Shown piece by piece: positions 46,137 to 56,900 of a DNA stretch of 64,000 nt. The notes under the pieces are model-generated. The model saw nothing but the letters and a program-made list of their open reading frames with translations. It was not told the DNA's origin and made no database searches. Every line of letters begins with the position of its first letter. The first letter of the stretch is position 1. Origin of the DNA: an uncultured delta proteobacterium (GTDB lineage Bacteria > Myxococcota_A > Polyangia > Fen-1088); the NCBI GenBank assembly GCA_963755125.1, contig CAVWIP010000011.1:128001-192000 (forward strand). Reading direction: 5' to 3'. The position numbers and the translations under genes were made by a program.

Positions 46137-49100
46137 GCTCGGCAGTCGGGCTGTTTGCAACGGAAACCGGGTGCGATCAGGTGGGCGATGCTATCGGGAT
46201 CCAGCACGCCCTGCTTGATCATCCAGCGCCGTGATCGGTCAGCCAGTTCCTCGCCCTCGGGGTTGTTGCACAGCTCGCCCAGCCAGCGGCGGCCCGACTC
46301 GGCCAGCAACAGGGCGCTGGCGGCCTCGGCGGTGGCCACCGCACGCTCCAGCGCGACAACGGCCACGGCACGCGAAGGCGCCGGTTCCAGCCAGCGGATG
46401 CCGGCCTCCAGCAGCGCGCCCATGGCGACGCCGGTCTGGTGCTCGGCGCGGGCCAAGCTGCGCGCGTGCGAGCGCGCCTGGCGCAGGTACGGGAGGCGCT
46501 CCTGCACCGGCAGGGTCTCGGCCATGGCAAGCGCCACCCGGCCCGAGATCCACGCGTGCTCGATGCGGATGCCGCTGATCTTCAACAGCCGGGATTCGGC
46601 AAACCGCTCGTGCTCGGCTGCCAGCGCGTCCCGGGCCTGATCGGGACGCTCGCGGTACAGCGCCTGTTCGCAGCGCGCGTACAGGTGGAAGAAGTGTTGC
46701 ACGTGGTACAAGTCGCGCGGCCAGGAATCCAGTACGCCCTCGATGTCGCGCGCGGCGCGATCGGGATCGTCGCGCATCAACCAGACGGTGGACTGGTAGG
46801 TGCGCAGGTTGGTGGCCAGGAAGCGGTCGCCCGTGCGATCGGCGTCCGCGGTGTAGCGATCGAAACATTCGCCCAGCTCGCGCAGCCGGCCCGACAGGCG
46901 CAAGGAGAAGCACGCGAACGAGCGCGTGGTGGCCAGCTCCCAGCCCACGTTCAGACAGTGTGTGAGCAGGTACTGCTCGACCGCGCCAAGTTCGTTCGCC
47001 ACCGCGTCGAACTCGCCAGCGAAGTAGCGAACCATGGCCCGGCACATGCGCGCCAGCCCGATGGTGGGCGCGTCCGACGACCGGCGCGCTAGGATCTCGG
47101 CTTGCGCCACCAGGCGATTAGCCCAGCCCAGGTACGGCTTGCCCAGCGCCGCCAGTTGTCCGGCCAGCACGCCCAGCCCCTGCGCCACGCGCCGGATGTC
47201 CCCGGCCTTGAGCGCCAGCAGGAGAAAGCGCAGCAGGAAATCGTCGGCGCGCAGGGTGTCCACCACGCCCAGACCGGTGTTCACCGACCACAACACGTCG
47301 AGCAGGCGGGCCTGCTCGGCCGGGATACTGGAGGGCGGCCGTTCCTCGAACTTGATTCCGCGCACGCGCAGCCACAGCAGGCGCCAGGTCACCGCCACGA
47401 GCGCGTGCCGCGGGCCGCGCGCCAGGCGCAGCCCGGCCTGGTCCAGTACCTTGTCCAGGATCTCCAGTCCGCGCACGATGTGGCCTCCGCGCAGAAGCTG
47501 CTCGGCCGCCAGGTGGTGCAGGCGCAGCGCCAGATCGGGCTCGCTCAGCGCGGCGGCTTGCTGGTACGCCTCGGCAGCCAGCGAGGGCAGACCATTGGAG
47601 GCCTGGCAGTCGCCCAGCGCGTGCAGAAGTTCGCGCCTGGCATCCGGGTGCGACTCCAGTGCCGCCGCGGTTTGGTATAGCTGCGCGGCGCGATCGAAGG
47701 CCAGCTTGGTACGCGCCTGGACCGCCGCCTCACGAGCGTAGTGCTTGGCGCGCTCGTGGTCGTCCGCCTCCAGCCAGTAGCGGGCCAGCATGTCGGTGCG
47801 CTCGCGACCCCATTTTTCCATGGCGTGCGCGATGTCTGTGCGTAGTTGCCGTAGCGCCGCCGCATCCAGACCACCCAGCACTGCCTCACCGATGCGATCG
47901 TGGTACGGCTCGACCACGTCCGATCCCTGTCCGCCGCCGCGCCGGATCAGGCGTGCCTGCGTTAGCGCCGAGATGCCGCGTTCCCAGCCCTCGGATCCGA
48001 GCGCTACGCCGGCTGCATCGGCCAGCGCCTTCTGCGGCAGCGAACCGCCTGCCACTGCGATGACCTTGAGCAGGCTCTGGCTCTCCGCGGGCAAGGCGCG
48101 CAAACGCTCCAGGATCAGGGCATCTAGGCTTACCACCTCCCCGGCGGTGAGGTCAGATGGCTCGCCTCGCGGCAACACCACGTCGCACAGGTAGCGTATC
48201 AGCTCCAGCGTGAACAACGGGTTACCGCCCGCTTCCTGCAATACTGCTACCGCCAGGCGCTGCTTCACCGGCTGGTCGATTTCGCCCGAGGCGGCCAGGC
48301 GATCCACGAGGGCCGAGGCCGCCTCCGGCGACAACGGCCCGACCTCGACACGTTTCACTGCGGGATATGCGGCGATGGCACGCAACGGGGCCGCCAGCGG
48401 ATCGTCCGGGGAGACCGGCCGGCAGGTGGCCACCAGCATCAGGCCCGGCACGCCAGTGTCGCGCAGCAGGGACTGCAACAGCGCGAAGCTGTCGCGGTCA
48501 GCCCATTGCAGATCGTCGATGAAAGCCACCACCGGCTGCCGGTGCGCCAGGCGGGTCAGCAACTCGCGGAATACGGAAAAAGCCCGGTTGCGCAGCTCGG
48601 TCGCATCCTGCACGGTCGGCAGCCAGTAGCGCGCGCGATCCAGTTGCTCCAGGCGGCGCATCACCGGGAAGATCTCGGACAGATACGCTGCGCCCTCGGG
48701 CAGCACCTGCGCCAGCTCGCCGGTGCCCAGGCTGACCAGATTGTGGGCGAGCGCGTCCACGATGCTGTCAAAGGCTTTGAAGGGCAGGGTCTCGCGCTCG
48801 TGGCAGCGGCCACGCAGGATGAGAGGCTTGCGAAACGGGTCGGCGCTGGCCGTGACGTGATCGAGGAAGCGCTCGACCAGCGCGGTCTTGCCTATGCCCG
48901 AACTGCCTTCGACCAACACCAGACCCAAGTTGCCGGCGCACGCACTGCTGTAGCCGCGGCGCAAGGTCTGCAGCTCTGCCGCACGGCCGATGAACACCGG
49001 GGCGCCGGCGCGGACCGGCGCACTTTCAATCTCGGACAGCGGCTCCGGCGTGGACCCGGTGCCGAGCAGGGCCAGGATGTCCGCGCCGCCGGGTCGCTGC

Positions 49101-49927
49101 GCGGGATCGCGCCGCAGAAGCTGCATGCACAGCCGGCTCAGTTCGGGATCGGCCAGGGGATTGACCTCGACGGGTGCGGGCGGATCCTCGCTCTGCTTCT
49201 TGAGCAGAATCTCGACCAGCGCACCGCCATGGGGCAAGCGGCCGGTCAGCACTTCGTACAGCATGGCGCCCACCGCGTACCAGTCGGCGGCCGGCTGCGA
49301 CGGTTTGTCCTTCGCCTGCTCGGGCGCCATGTAGGCCGGGGTTCCCAGCAGCCCGTCGCCCCCGAGTGACCGCGTGCCGGTCTGCCTGGCCAGGCCGAAG
49401 TCCAGGACCACCACCCGGCCCTCCGGTGTCACCAGCACGTTCGACGGCTTGAGGTCGCGGTGGATGCAGCCGGCCTCGTGCATCGCGTGCACCCCGGCGC
49501 ATAGCTGCCTCAGCGCCTGGAGAAGGCGCTGCCGCTCGGGTTGCGGTCGGGACGTCACCTGCGCAGGATCGGTGCGGCGCAAGGTATCCGCCCCTTCCGG
49601 CGCGGACGATGCTGGAGAGTCGCCGGTCGGCGCCGGACCCAGCAGATACACGTCGAAGGGCACGCCGGCCACGTACTCCATAGTGAACAGCCACAACGGC
49701 CCCTCGCAGATCAGTTCGTGCAGCGTGGCCAGGTTGGGGTGCTTGATGTCGGCCAACGAACGGAATTCGCTCTTGAAACGGTACAGATCCATGCCACCGG
49801 ACAGGTCCAGCAGCTTCAGCGCCACCTCCGCGCCCAGTTGCCGATCGAAGACCAGATACACGGTGCCCATGGCTCCGCTGCCGAGGTGGCGGATGACCTT
49901 GAACCGGTCGGTGCCCACGAACGACAT
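46133..49927 (-). CDS. Ser/Thr protein kinase with AAA/STAND-like ATPase and helical repeat C-terminus
   Basis: LGSGAMGTVY, VALK, HRDLKPSN, DFG, GTPAYMAPE, Walker A GSSGIGKT, Walker B FIDDLQWAD, GGNPLF. Confidence 0.92.
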   Translation of the reverse strand: MSFVGTDRFKVIRHLGSGAMGTVYLVFDRQLGAEVALKLLDLSGGMDLYRFKSEFRSLADIKHPNLATLHELICEGPLWLFTMEYVAGVPFDVYLLGPAPTGDSPASSAPEGADTLRRTDPAQVTSRPQPERQRLLQALRQLCAGVHAMHEAGCIHRDLKPSNVLVTPEGRVVVLDFGLARQTGTRSLGGDGLLGTPAYMAPEQAKDKPSQPAADWYAVGAMLYEVLTGRLPHGGALVEILLKKQSEDPPAPVEVNPLADPELSRLCMQLLRRDPAQRPGGADILALLGTGSTPEPLSEIESAPVRAGAPVFIGRAAELQTLRRGYSSACAGNLGLVLVEGSSGIGKTALVERFLDHVTASADPFRKPLILRGRCHERETLPFKAFDSIVDALAHNLVSLGTGELAQVLPEGAAYLSEIFPVMRRLEQLDRARYWLPTVQDATELRNRAFSVFRELLTRLAHRQPVVAFIDDLQWADRDSFALLQSLLRDTGVPGLMLVATCRPVSPDDPLAAPLRAIAAYPAVKRVEVGPLSPEAASALVDRLAASGEIDQPVKQRLAVAVLQEAGGNPLFTLELIRYLCDVVLPRGEPSDLTAGEVVSLDALILERLRALPAESQSLLKVIAVAGGSLPQKALADAAGVALGSEGWERGISALTQARLIRRGGGQGSDVVEPYHDRIGEAVLGGLDAAALRQLRTDIAHAMEKWGRERTDMLARYWLEADDHERAKHYAREAAVQARTKLAFDRAAQLYQTAAALESHPDARRELLHALGDCQASNGLPSLAAEAYQQAAALSEPDLALRLHHLAAEQLLRGGHIVRGLEILDKVLDQAGLRLARGPRHALVAVTWRLLWLRVRGIKFEERPPSSIPAEQARLLDVLWSVNTGLGVVDTLRADDFLLRFLLLALKAGDIRRVAQGLGVLAGQLAALGKPYLGWANRLVAQAEILARRSSDAPTIGLARMCRAMVRYFAGEFDAVANELGAVEQYLLTHCLNVGWELATTRSFACFSLRLSGRLRELGECFDRYTADADRTGDRFLATNLRTYQSTVWLMRDDPDRAARDIEGVLDSWPRDLYHVQHFFHLYARCEQALYRERPDQARDALAAEHERFAESRLLKISGIRIEHAWISGRVALAMAETLPVQERLPYLRQARSHARSLARAEHQTGVAMGALLEAGIRWLEPAPSRAVAVVALERAVATAEAASALLLAESGRRWLGELCNNPEGEELADRSRRWMIKQGVLDPDSIAHLIAPGFRCKQPDCRA

Positions 49928-50365
49928 CGCTAGCGAAGCTCCGTCTCCAACCAGCGAGGTGACGACGGCCGACGATCTCGCGCAGAACCCTGGAAGGGTT
50001 CCGCGCCTCCCGCGACGGGCTTCGGCGAGCAAAGCTCGCCTGCGCCCACGCGGCTGGGCCGCTGGCCGTGCCGGTCGGGCCTGCGCTTCCGGTCCTCAAG
50101 TACATCAGTACATTCCGGTCCGGCGACGCGCGCGGCGGAGCCGCGGGGTGGGGTGGCGGGTATGGAGGCGCTAGTCGGCCCTCCTTGCCCGCGTCCCGGC
50201 TTGTCGGCCGGTTGCAAAGTGACATCGTCATCTTTGCCTTGCCATCTAATGGCGATCATCTGACTTATCGTCATTGGCGTAACGACATATGGGAACCTAG
50301 TGTCCGACTGGGAGCCTGGCGCGACGTGCGAGCATGGCCGGCAGTCTACAGCATCTCGGCACAAG

Positions 50366-53300
50366 TCACGTCAGCCCCCAGAACGCGCCGCCCAGCATTT
50401 CGGCTTGCCAGTCCAGCACGGTTTGCCAGTCGGGCTTGTGGAAGTATGTGCCGGCGTGTTCGTCGCCCGGCCGCATGCCGCGCAGAAAACAGTAGAGCAC
50501 ACCGCCGAAGCGGCGTTCGAATGCGGCGCGATCGCTCAGCCCAGCCATGCGCAGGACAGCCAGGGTGTAGAGTCGCGCCTGAATCTCGTAGTTGTTCTCG
50601 CAATGAATGCGCAGCCGGTCGCTGTCCCACGATGGAAGCCAATCGCCCTTCCAGTCGCACAGGTAAACGCGGTCCTCGTGCTTGAACAGGTAATCAATGA
50701 AGCCCTTGACCAGGCCGCGCTCAATGGACCAGGCGTGGCCGTCTGCTTGTGGAAGGCCAATCTGCCGCAGCAGGGGATGACTTTGTTCGGGGATCGGATA
50801 CAGGAACTCAGTCTCCCGTAGCGACTGCTCTGCCAGGGCCAAGCCGGGGACGAGGCAATCGCCCAGGCGCAGCGGCGTGACCAGCGCGGTATGCACCAGG
50901 CGCGCAGCATGCGGGATCTGCCCCGGATCGCGCTCGTGGCGATGGGCGAGCCGGGCGAGAAGCTTCGCGATCTCGGGCCGTGCTGCCCATTGCGCCGAGG
51001 ATTCGGAACTTGCCAGGCTATCGAGAGGAACCTGTTGCAAGATGCCGTGCAAGAAGATGCCAGACAGCCGCCCGCGCGCAAGCTCGTGCGGGTCGGCCGG
51101 CGCGGCCTCGGCTGGCTCTGCTGGCTCGTTGGCGGTGGACAAGTCTGCCGGGTCCTCGGGAACCACAAACCCGCCATGGCGGCGCTTCACCCCTGTGTAC
51201 GACGTGATGACGAACCCGGCGCGCTCTTTGGCGATCCGGTTGAACTCACCCAACGGCACACCGGCCGGCAATTCGGGCGCCTGCCAGGCCGAAAGCGCCG
51301 CAGGCGCGGGAGCAGGCAGGGTCAAAGGCGGCTCGCCGGGACAGGCCACAGGCACGCGGTGGAACAGCTTGGCGGTTTCGCCGTCCGCGAGCAGCTTGTC
51401 GAGGATGGGTCCCAGCAGACGGGTGGGACCGGTAAAACGGTTGCGGCCTGGTGGGCAGCGCGGAATGATGAGCCGAGCGCGGGCGCGGGTGAGCGCCACA
51501 TAGAGCAAACGCCGGTCCTCGTCGGCGGCCTCGTTGGCGCAGATCTCTTGCTCTTCCGGAACCAGCGAGCCGAGGTGCACCACCCGTTGGCCTGCGCGGT
51601 CGTGAAACACATTGGGTGAACCACCTGTTTTGCGACCAAGTCCGCCGTACAGGAAGACCACGTCTGCCTCGAGACCCTTGGCTGCGTGGACGGTCATCAC
51701 CTGCACGGCCTTGGCGTCACTTCCCAGGCGCTGCACGTTTCGCTCGTCGCCTGGAGGCAGGCGCGTCCCATTGACGTACGCCCCCAGCGTCTCCACCAGT
51801 TCGCGCAAGGTCGCATGGGTGCGCGCCGCCTCTTCCTGCAGAATCTCGAAAATGTGCAGATAATTCGTCAGGGCTCGCTCACTGCGGGCCAAACAAACTT
51901 CGCGACACACAATTCCGCTTTGCGCGAGGATGTCCGCAAAGAGAGCGCCGAAGTCACCAGTCAGGGCCAAATCGCGCCACTCGAAAAGCCGGCGCAGCAA
52001 GGGATCCTCTGCCTCGGGCCGGTTCCGGCTCGCCAGATCCGCCAGGTCGAGCGCGAAGAACGCCGTCAACAAGGCACGCGCGCGCAAAGTCCGGTCTTCC
52101 GGTTCGGCAAGGGCGCGCACAAGGTCCAGCACGTCCTTGGCCTGGCTGGTCTGGAACAGCTCGTCTTCCTTGTAGAAGGCGAAGTGAATGCCCGCAGCGC
52201 GCAATGCCTCGCCAATCTCGTGGCATTCGTTGTGGGTGAAGGCGAGGACGAAGATGTCGCGGGCCTCGATGGGCCGCCGCTTCTCCCCGTCCTGGACGAA
52301 AAGCTTGCCGTCCTCGGACAGCAGACCGCGAATTTCCTGCACCATCTGGCGCCGCAAGGCGCGCCTGGTATCGGCCACGGGGGTAATGTCGCCCGCTGGC
52401 TGCACATCCAGCACCACCACGCCGGGCTGCGCCTGGGCGTGGGTCCCGCAAAGGCGTCGATCGAGGTGGCCGCAGGTCACCGGCTGGTCGTAGTCGATGC
52501 CGGCGCCAGCCCGGAAGAAGCCCGTCGCCGGGTCGAACACGGCGTTGTACCCGTCGATGACCGAAGCAGTGGAGCGGAAGTTCTTTCCCAGCCTGACCAG
52601 AGCGCCGCCGTTTTTCAGAATCTCCCGGCGCGCACGCAGGTAGGTGTGCACATCGGCGCCGCGGAACCGGTAGATGGCCTGCTTGGGATCGCCGATGACA
52701 GTCAGGGCATTTCCCTCGCGGCTTTCGAAGAAGAGACGCCGGAAGATGAACCATTGCGCCTCGTCGGTGTCCTGGAACTCGTCAATCAGCGCGTACTTGT
52801 AACGGCGGCGCAAAGTGGAAAGCAGCAACTGCGCCGGCCCGCTCTTCTCGGCCAGGCGCTCGGCCACCAGGGTCAACATGTCCTGAAAATCGTAGAGCCC
52901 GGCCGCACGCTTGTGCGCCTGCAGGCGCGCGCTGACCAGCGGTAAGAACTTGTGCGCCACTGCCGCGAGCAGCGGCGGCGTGACAGCTACCAGATTGGCC
53001 AGCGCGTCCCTCGCCTCGCGTACGCGCGGATCGGCCGCGCCTTTGGCCAACGCATCGAGGAGATAGGCCCACACATCCTTCTTCGGGTCATCCGCCACGA
53101 AGCGATCCACCGCAGCGAGAAAAGCGGCCGGCGTGTCGGCGCCGCGGGCGTTGAGCACGATTTCCGCAAGGGCCACCAGTCGGGAGCAGATAGCCCCGGC
53201 CGTTCTGCCATGGACCTTGGCCTTCTTCAGTCGCTCGGCCAGCTTCGGATCCGCGGCGGCTTCCACTGGCCAGGCCGCGATGGCCGCAACCAGAGCCGCC

Positions 53301-53941
53301 TCGTCGAAACCCGGCTGCAAAGCCTGGGGCTGCGGCGGGAAGATGCCGGCCAGTTGCTTTGCGCACGCGCCGAGATCGGATTCCAGCTTGGCCGCGCTTC
53401 CGCCCGTAGCAAGCCAGGCGCGCAGATAGGGCTGCAGCTCGGGCTCCACCGCGAAATCGCTCCGCAGGGTCTGCACGAAGGCGGTGTGAAAGGCCTCTTT
53501 CTCGTCCACCGCCTGCTCTTCGAACATGCGTTGGTGCAGGAAGGCGTGATCCTGCAGAATCCCGAGACAGAAGCCGTGAATCGTGGAGATGGTGGCACGG
53601 TCCAGCGCCAGCAGGGCGTCGCGCAGCCGACCGCGCGCTCTCTCGTCGATGAGCCAGCATTCCTGGTCGGGCGATCCAGCAGCGGCGGGGTGGTCAGCCG
53701 GAAGATGGCAAAGCTCGCTCAGCTTCTGGCGGAGGCGCAGGCAAAGCTCGGCAGTGGCGCGCTCAGTGAAAGTGACGACCAGGATCTCCTCCATGCGCGC
53801 GTTGTGATCGAGCAGCAGTTCAATGATCAGGTGCTCGAGCAAGAAGGTCTTGCCAGTGCCGGCCGACGCCTCGACCACGGCATGCCGCGTGCCGAGTTGA
53901 TCGAGCTCAGGCGGTCGGGGATAGCGGATGACGGCGTTCAT
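50366..53941 (-). CDS. recB: RecBCD enzyme subunit RecB (helicase-nuclease)
   Basis: VEASAGTGKT, VVTFTERAT.EL, IDEFQDTD, GDPKQAIY.FRGAD, T.H.AKGLE, RLLYVALTRA, nuclease GFID...DWK, Y..Q..LY. Confidence 0.95.
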   Translation of the reverse strand: MNAVIRYPRPPELDQLGTRHAVVEASAGTGKTFLLEHLIIELLLDHNARMEEILVVTFTERATAELCLRLRQKLSELCHLPADHPAAAGSPDQECWLIDERARGRLRDALLALDRATISTIHGFCLGILQDHAFLHQRMFEEQAVDEKEAFHTAFVQTLRSDFAVEPELQPYLRAWLATGGSAAKLESDLGACAKQLAGIFPPQPQALQPGFDEAALVAAIAAWPVEAAADPKLAERLKKAKVHGRTAGAICSRLVALAEIVLNARGADTPAAFLAAVDRFVADDPKKDVWAYLLDALAKGAADPRVREARDALANLVAVTPPLLAAVAHKFLPLVSARLQAHKRAAGLYDFQDMLTLVAERLAEKSGPAQLLLSTLRRRYKYALIDEFQDTDEAQWFIFRRLFFESREGNALTVIGDPKQAIYRFRGADVHTYLRARREILKNGGALVRLGKNFRSTASVIDGYNAVFDPATGFFRAGAGIDYDQPVTCGHLDRRLCGTHAQAQPGVVVLDVQPAGDITPVADTRRALRRQMVQEIRGLLSEDGKLFVQDGEKRRPIEARDIFVLAFTHNECHEIGEALRAAGIHFAFYKEDELFQTSQAKDVLDLVRALAEPEDRTLRARALLTAFFALDLADLASRNRPEAEDPLLRRLFEWRDLALTGDFGALFADILAQSGIVCREVCLARSERALTNYLHIFEILQEEAARTHATLRELVETLGAYVNGTRLPPGDERNVQRLGSDAKAVQVMTVHAAKGLEADVVFLYGGLGRKTGGSPNVFHDRAGQRVVHLGSLVPEEQEICANEAADEDRRLLYVALTRARARLIIPRCPPGRNRFTGPTRLLGPILDKLLADGETAKLFHRVPVACPGEPPLTLPAPAPAALSAWQAPELPAGVPLGEFNRIAKERAGFVITSYTGVKRRHGGFVVPEDPADLSTANEPAEPAEAAPADPHELARGRLSGIFLHGILQQVPLDSLASSESSAQWAARPEIAKLLARLAHRHERDPGQIPHAARLVHTALVTPLRLGDCLVPGLALAEQSLRETEFLYPIPEQSHPLLRQIGLPQADGHAWSIERGLVKGFIDYLFKHEDRVYLCDWKGDWLPSWDSDRLRIHCENNYEIQARLYTLAVLRMAGLSDRAAFERRFGGVLYCFLRGMRPGDEHAGTYFHKPDWQTVLDWQAEMLGGAFWGLT

Positions 53942-56900
53942 GCGGTTTCCGCCTGCAGCAAGTCAAAGAAGAGGCCAAAGCGCTCCGCCGCCATGCGCGC
54001 AGCCGCTTGCGCCGGGGGCGGCTGCCATCGCTCGACGGCGTCGCGGATCGGGCCGTACAGGGTGCTGAAGCGCACGCGGCTGTTCTCGTAGTGCTGTTGG
54101 CGAAGTATCGCGGCCTGGTGCGCGACCGAAGTACCCTCGCGCCGGGCGCGGAACACGGCCTCGCAGGGGAGAACATAGGCGTGTAGCCCGGTGGGCTCGC
54201 CGCGCCGGCCGGGCGTTCCGGTCAGCATGTCGCGCATCAGGCAGGCAAGGTAGTTGCGCGCGCGCGCAGGGTCCAAGGCGGCGAAGCGGCGCCGCTCGAT
54301 TTCCTGCTTGTTGCCGTCGGTGAGCAAAAGCAGCCCGCGATGGCCGGCCTGTCCCAAGGACAGTCCAGCCGCCGCCAGCGCCACGTGATCGAGAAACGCG
54401 GCCAGGGATTCTTTGTCCCGACGGGCTTCTTCGTGAGGATCGTTGGACCGGCAGGTGAAGACGACCGAGGCACGCGGCTGGTGCGGAATCTCGATGAGAA
54501 CGCAGGTCTGGCCGTGCAACTCGATCCGCGGAGAAAGTCGCGTTCCGCTTGCGGCCGGCGCAGGCCCAAGGTCGATCGAGATGGCAGGCAAGATGGTCTT
54601 GGCGTCGTCGTTCTCGGCTGCCCGGCCAAGGTGCAACACGCGCCCGTGTAACGGCCCGCCGCCCGCAATGCCGCCAAGCTGTTCGATCCACGTGTTCAGG
54701 ATGGCTGTGTGCCTCTCGCGCTCGGCCTGACGAAACAAGCCGACCGGGGCGCGGCCCGCCAGTTCCTCGCGCAGACTGATCTCGTCGTACACGGCGGCCA
54801 CAGCCTCACGCGATGGCACGGTCGATGAAGCCAGTACGGTTCTGGTCATGGCTTCGCGAAGACGCGCGGACCGAGCCAGCGCGCCGGTTGCAAACAACTC
54901 ATCCTCGCGGTCGGCCAGCTCGTCGTCACCCAGGGTTTCGCGCAGACGCAAGCGAAAGCGTGCCGAGCCCTGCAGGGGATCCTCGAGAAAGCGACGCAGA
55001 TCCGCTAGCGTGACAATCACACTGGCCGCTGGCTCGGGCGGCTCGGGTAGAGGTGCCAGCGGCGCGGGCAGCGACAGGCACGACGCCATGTCGGCGAATG
55101 CCGACGGCGAGAGCGCGCGGCGCAGATCCTCGACGCTCTCGGGAGCGGCGGTGCCTGCTGGCAGCGAGTTGCGCAAGGACTCGCCCAAGAGCTGAGCCGC
55201 ATGCTCGGCGTGCGCGAGCGGCAAAGCGTCTAAACGGTCGAGGTCGGCGTAGCGACGCAATGGCGGCCTCGGACCGTCGAACAGCTTCTTCACTTCAGCG
55301 TCTATCAGGTATCCACTCGACAGGATCTCGCGCAGCTCGAGCACCACCGGCGATGGCGGCCGCTGTTCGCCCGTGACCTCGTCGCGGCCCAGGTAGGAAA
55401 GCACCAGCCGGTCGCGCGTGCACAGCAGCGTCTCCAGGAACATGTAGAGATCCTGCTCGCGGGGCGTGACGTCGCCTGCTTCGCGCCGGGCCTCGCGCAG
55501 ATCCAGATCTCCGCGGCGCGAGTGGCGCGGGAAATCGCCCTGGCCCAGTCCCAGCACGAAAACCACGCGGAATGGGATGGCCCGCATGGGCACGAAGGAC
55601 GCGACGGTCACGCCGCGCGCGAGGTATTGCCCGCGCGCGCCGGGGATGGACGCGAGCGCGCTGCGCACCAGCTCGGCTGCCACCCGGTAACTGACGGGCA
55701 GGTTCTGCAACCCCACATCTTCGAGATCGTCCAGCGCTGTCCGGCAGCGGCCGAGCAGTCCCTCCTCGGCGTCATCCACGGGTACCAGGTACGCGGCCAG
55801 CATGCCGCGGATGAAACTCAGCCACTCGGACAGCGGGCGCTCGGTCGGGCTGTCGATCCCAGCGGCAAAGCGCGCGTCGGCGATGAGCGAGCGCACCAGC
55901 AGCGCAAAGCCGAGAGCGCTGCCGCGTTCGTCCGGGGCAGTCTCGACGGGTAGATACTGATTTCCGTCGAGGCTGACTGCGGTTTCATCGCCGCTGCGTT
56001 CCCCCGGCATGAAGACGCCGAGGGCCAGCCGACGCAGGCCCTGATCCCAGGTGAGCCGATCGCGATCCAGGTAGCTGCCGGCGAGATCCCGTCGATCGGC
56101 CCCGCGCACGATGCCCAGCTCGTCGATGAGGCGCAGCCAGTCTGCCGGGCGGGCGTCGGGAAAACGCGCCATCAGCGACGGGTGGGTGAGCAAGGGCACC
56201 AGCTCCTTGCGCGAAAACGACGAGAACGGCAGGTCGAGCAGCATTTGCGCGGCCTCGGCCAGCCGGTGCCCGCCGCCGAGAGGCAGGTCCACCGCGTGGT
56301 GGGGCAGGTCGTGGCTCTCGGCAAAGACCGCGCCGACCTGCGAAAGATAGGCGTCCTTGCGCAACTCGGGCACGATGACCGCGATGTCGTTGCAGCGCAG
56401 ATCCGGCTGCGCGCGCAGGCAACGCCAGATCTCGGCCGCCACCACTTCCAGCTCGCGGCGAATGCCCGGGCAGGCCAATATTTGCAAACTGTCGTCGGCG
56501 CGCAGGGTCGGGTCGGGCTCGGTCCTTGCCGCTCGATCGAGGACGTCGTTCTGCAGCCGCGCCAACAGCGTGGGCGCAGCCGAGGCCGCGAAGTGTTCCT
56601 CGAAGTCGCAGTTGTCGATCTGGTTGAGCAGGCGCAGGTTCTCGCGGCCCGGCCGGCCCCACAGTCGCAAAGCGAGGTTCTCAGATGGATCGAGCAAACC
56701 AAAGGGATCGTCGAGTGCGTGGTCTACCTGGGGCGTCCTGGCGACGCGGCGGCGCGCCTCGGCCGTGGTTTCCACGTCCTCCCAGAATTCGCGGCAGGGG
56801 TTGAGCGTGTAGAGGACCACCTCGATGTGGCGCCCGAGCGCGGCCAGCATGCGATGGTAGGCCGGCGCCGCGTACGAGACGCCGAACAGGTGCAAGCGCG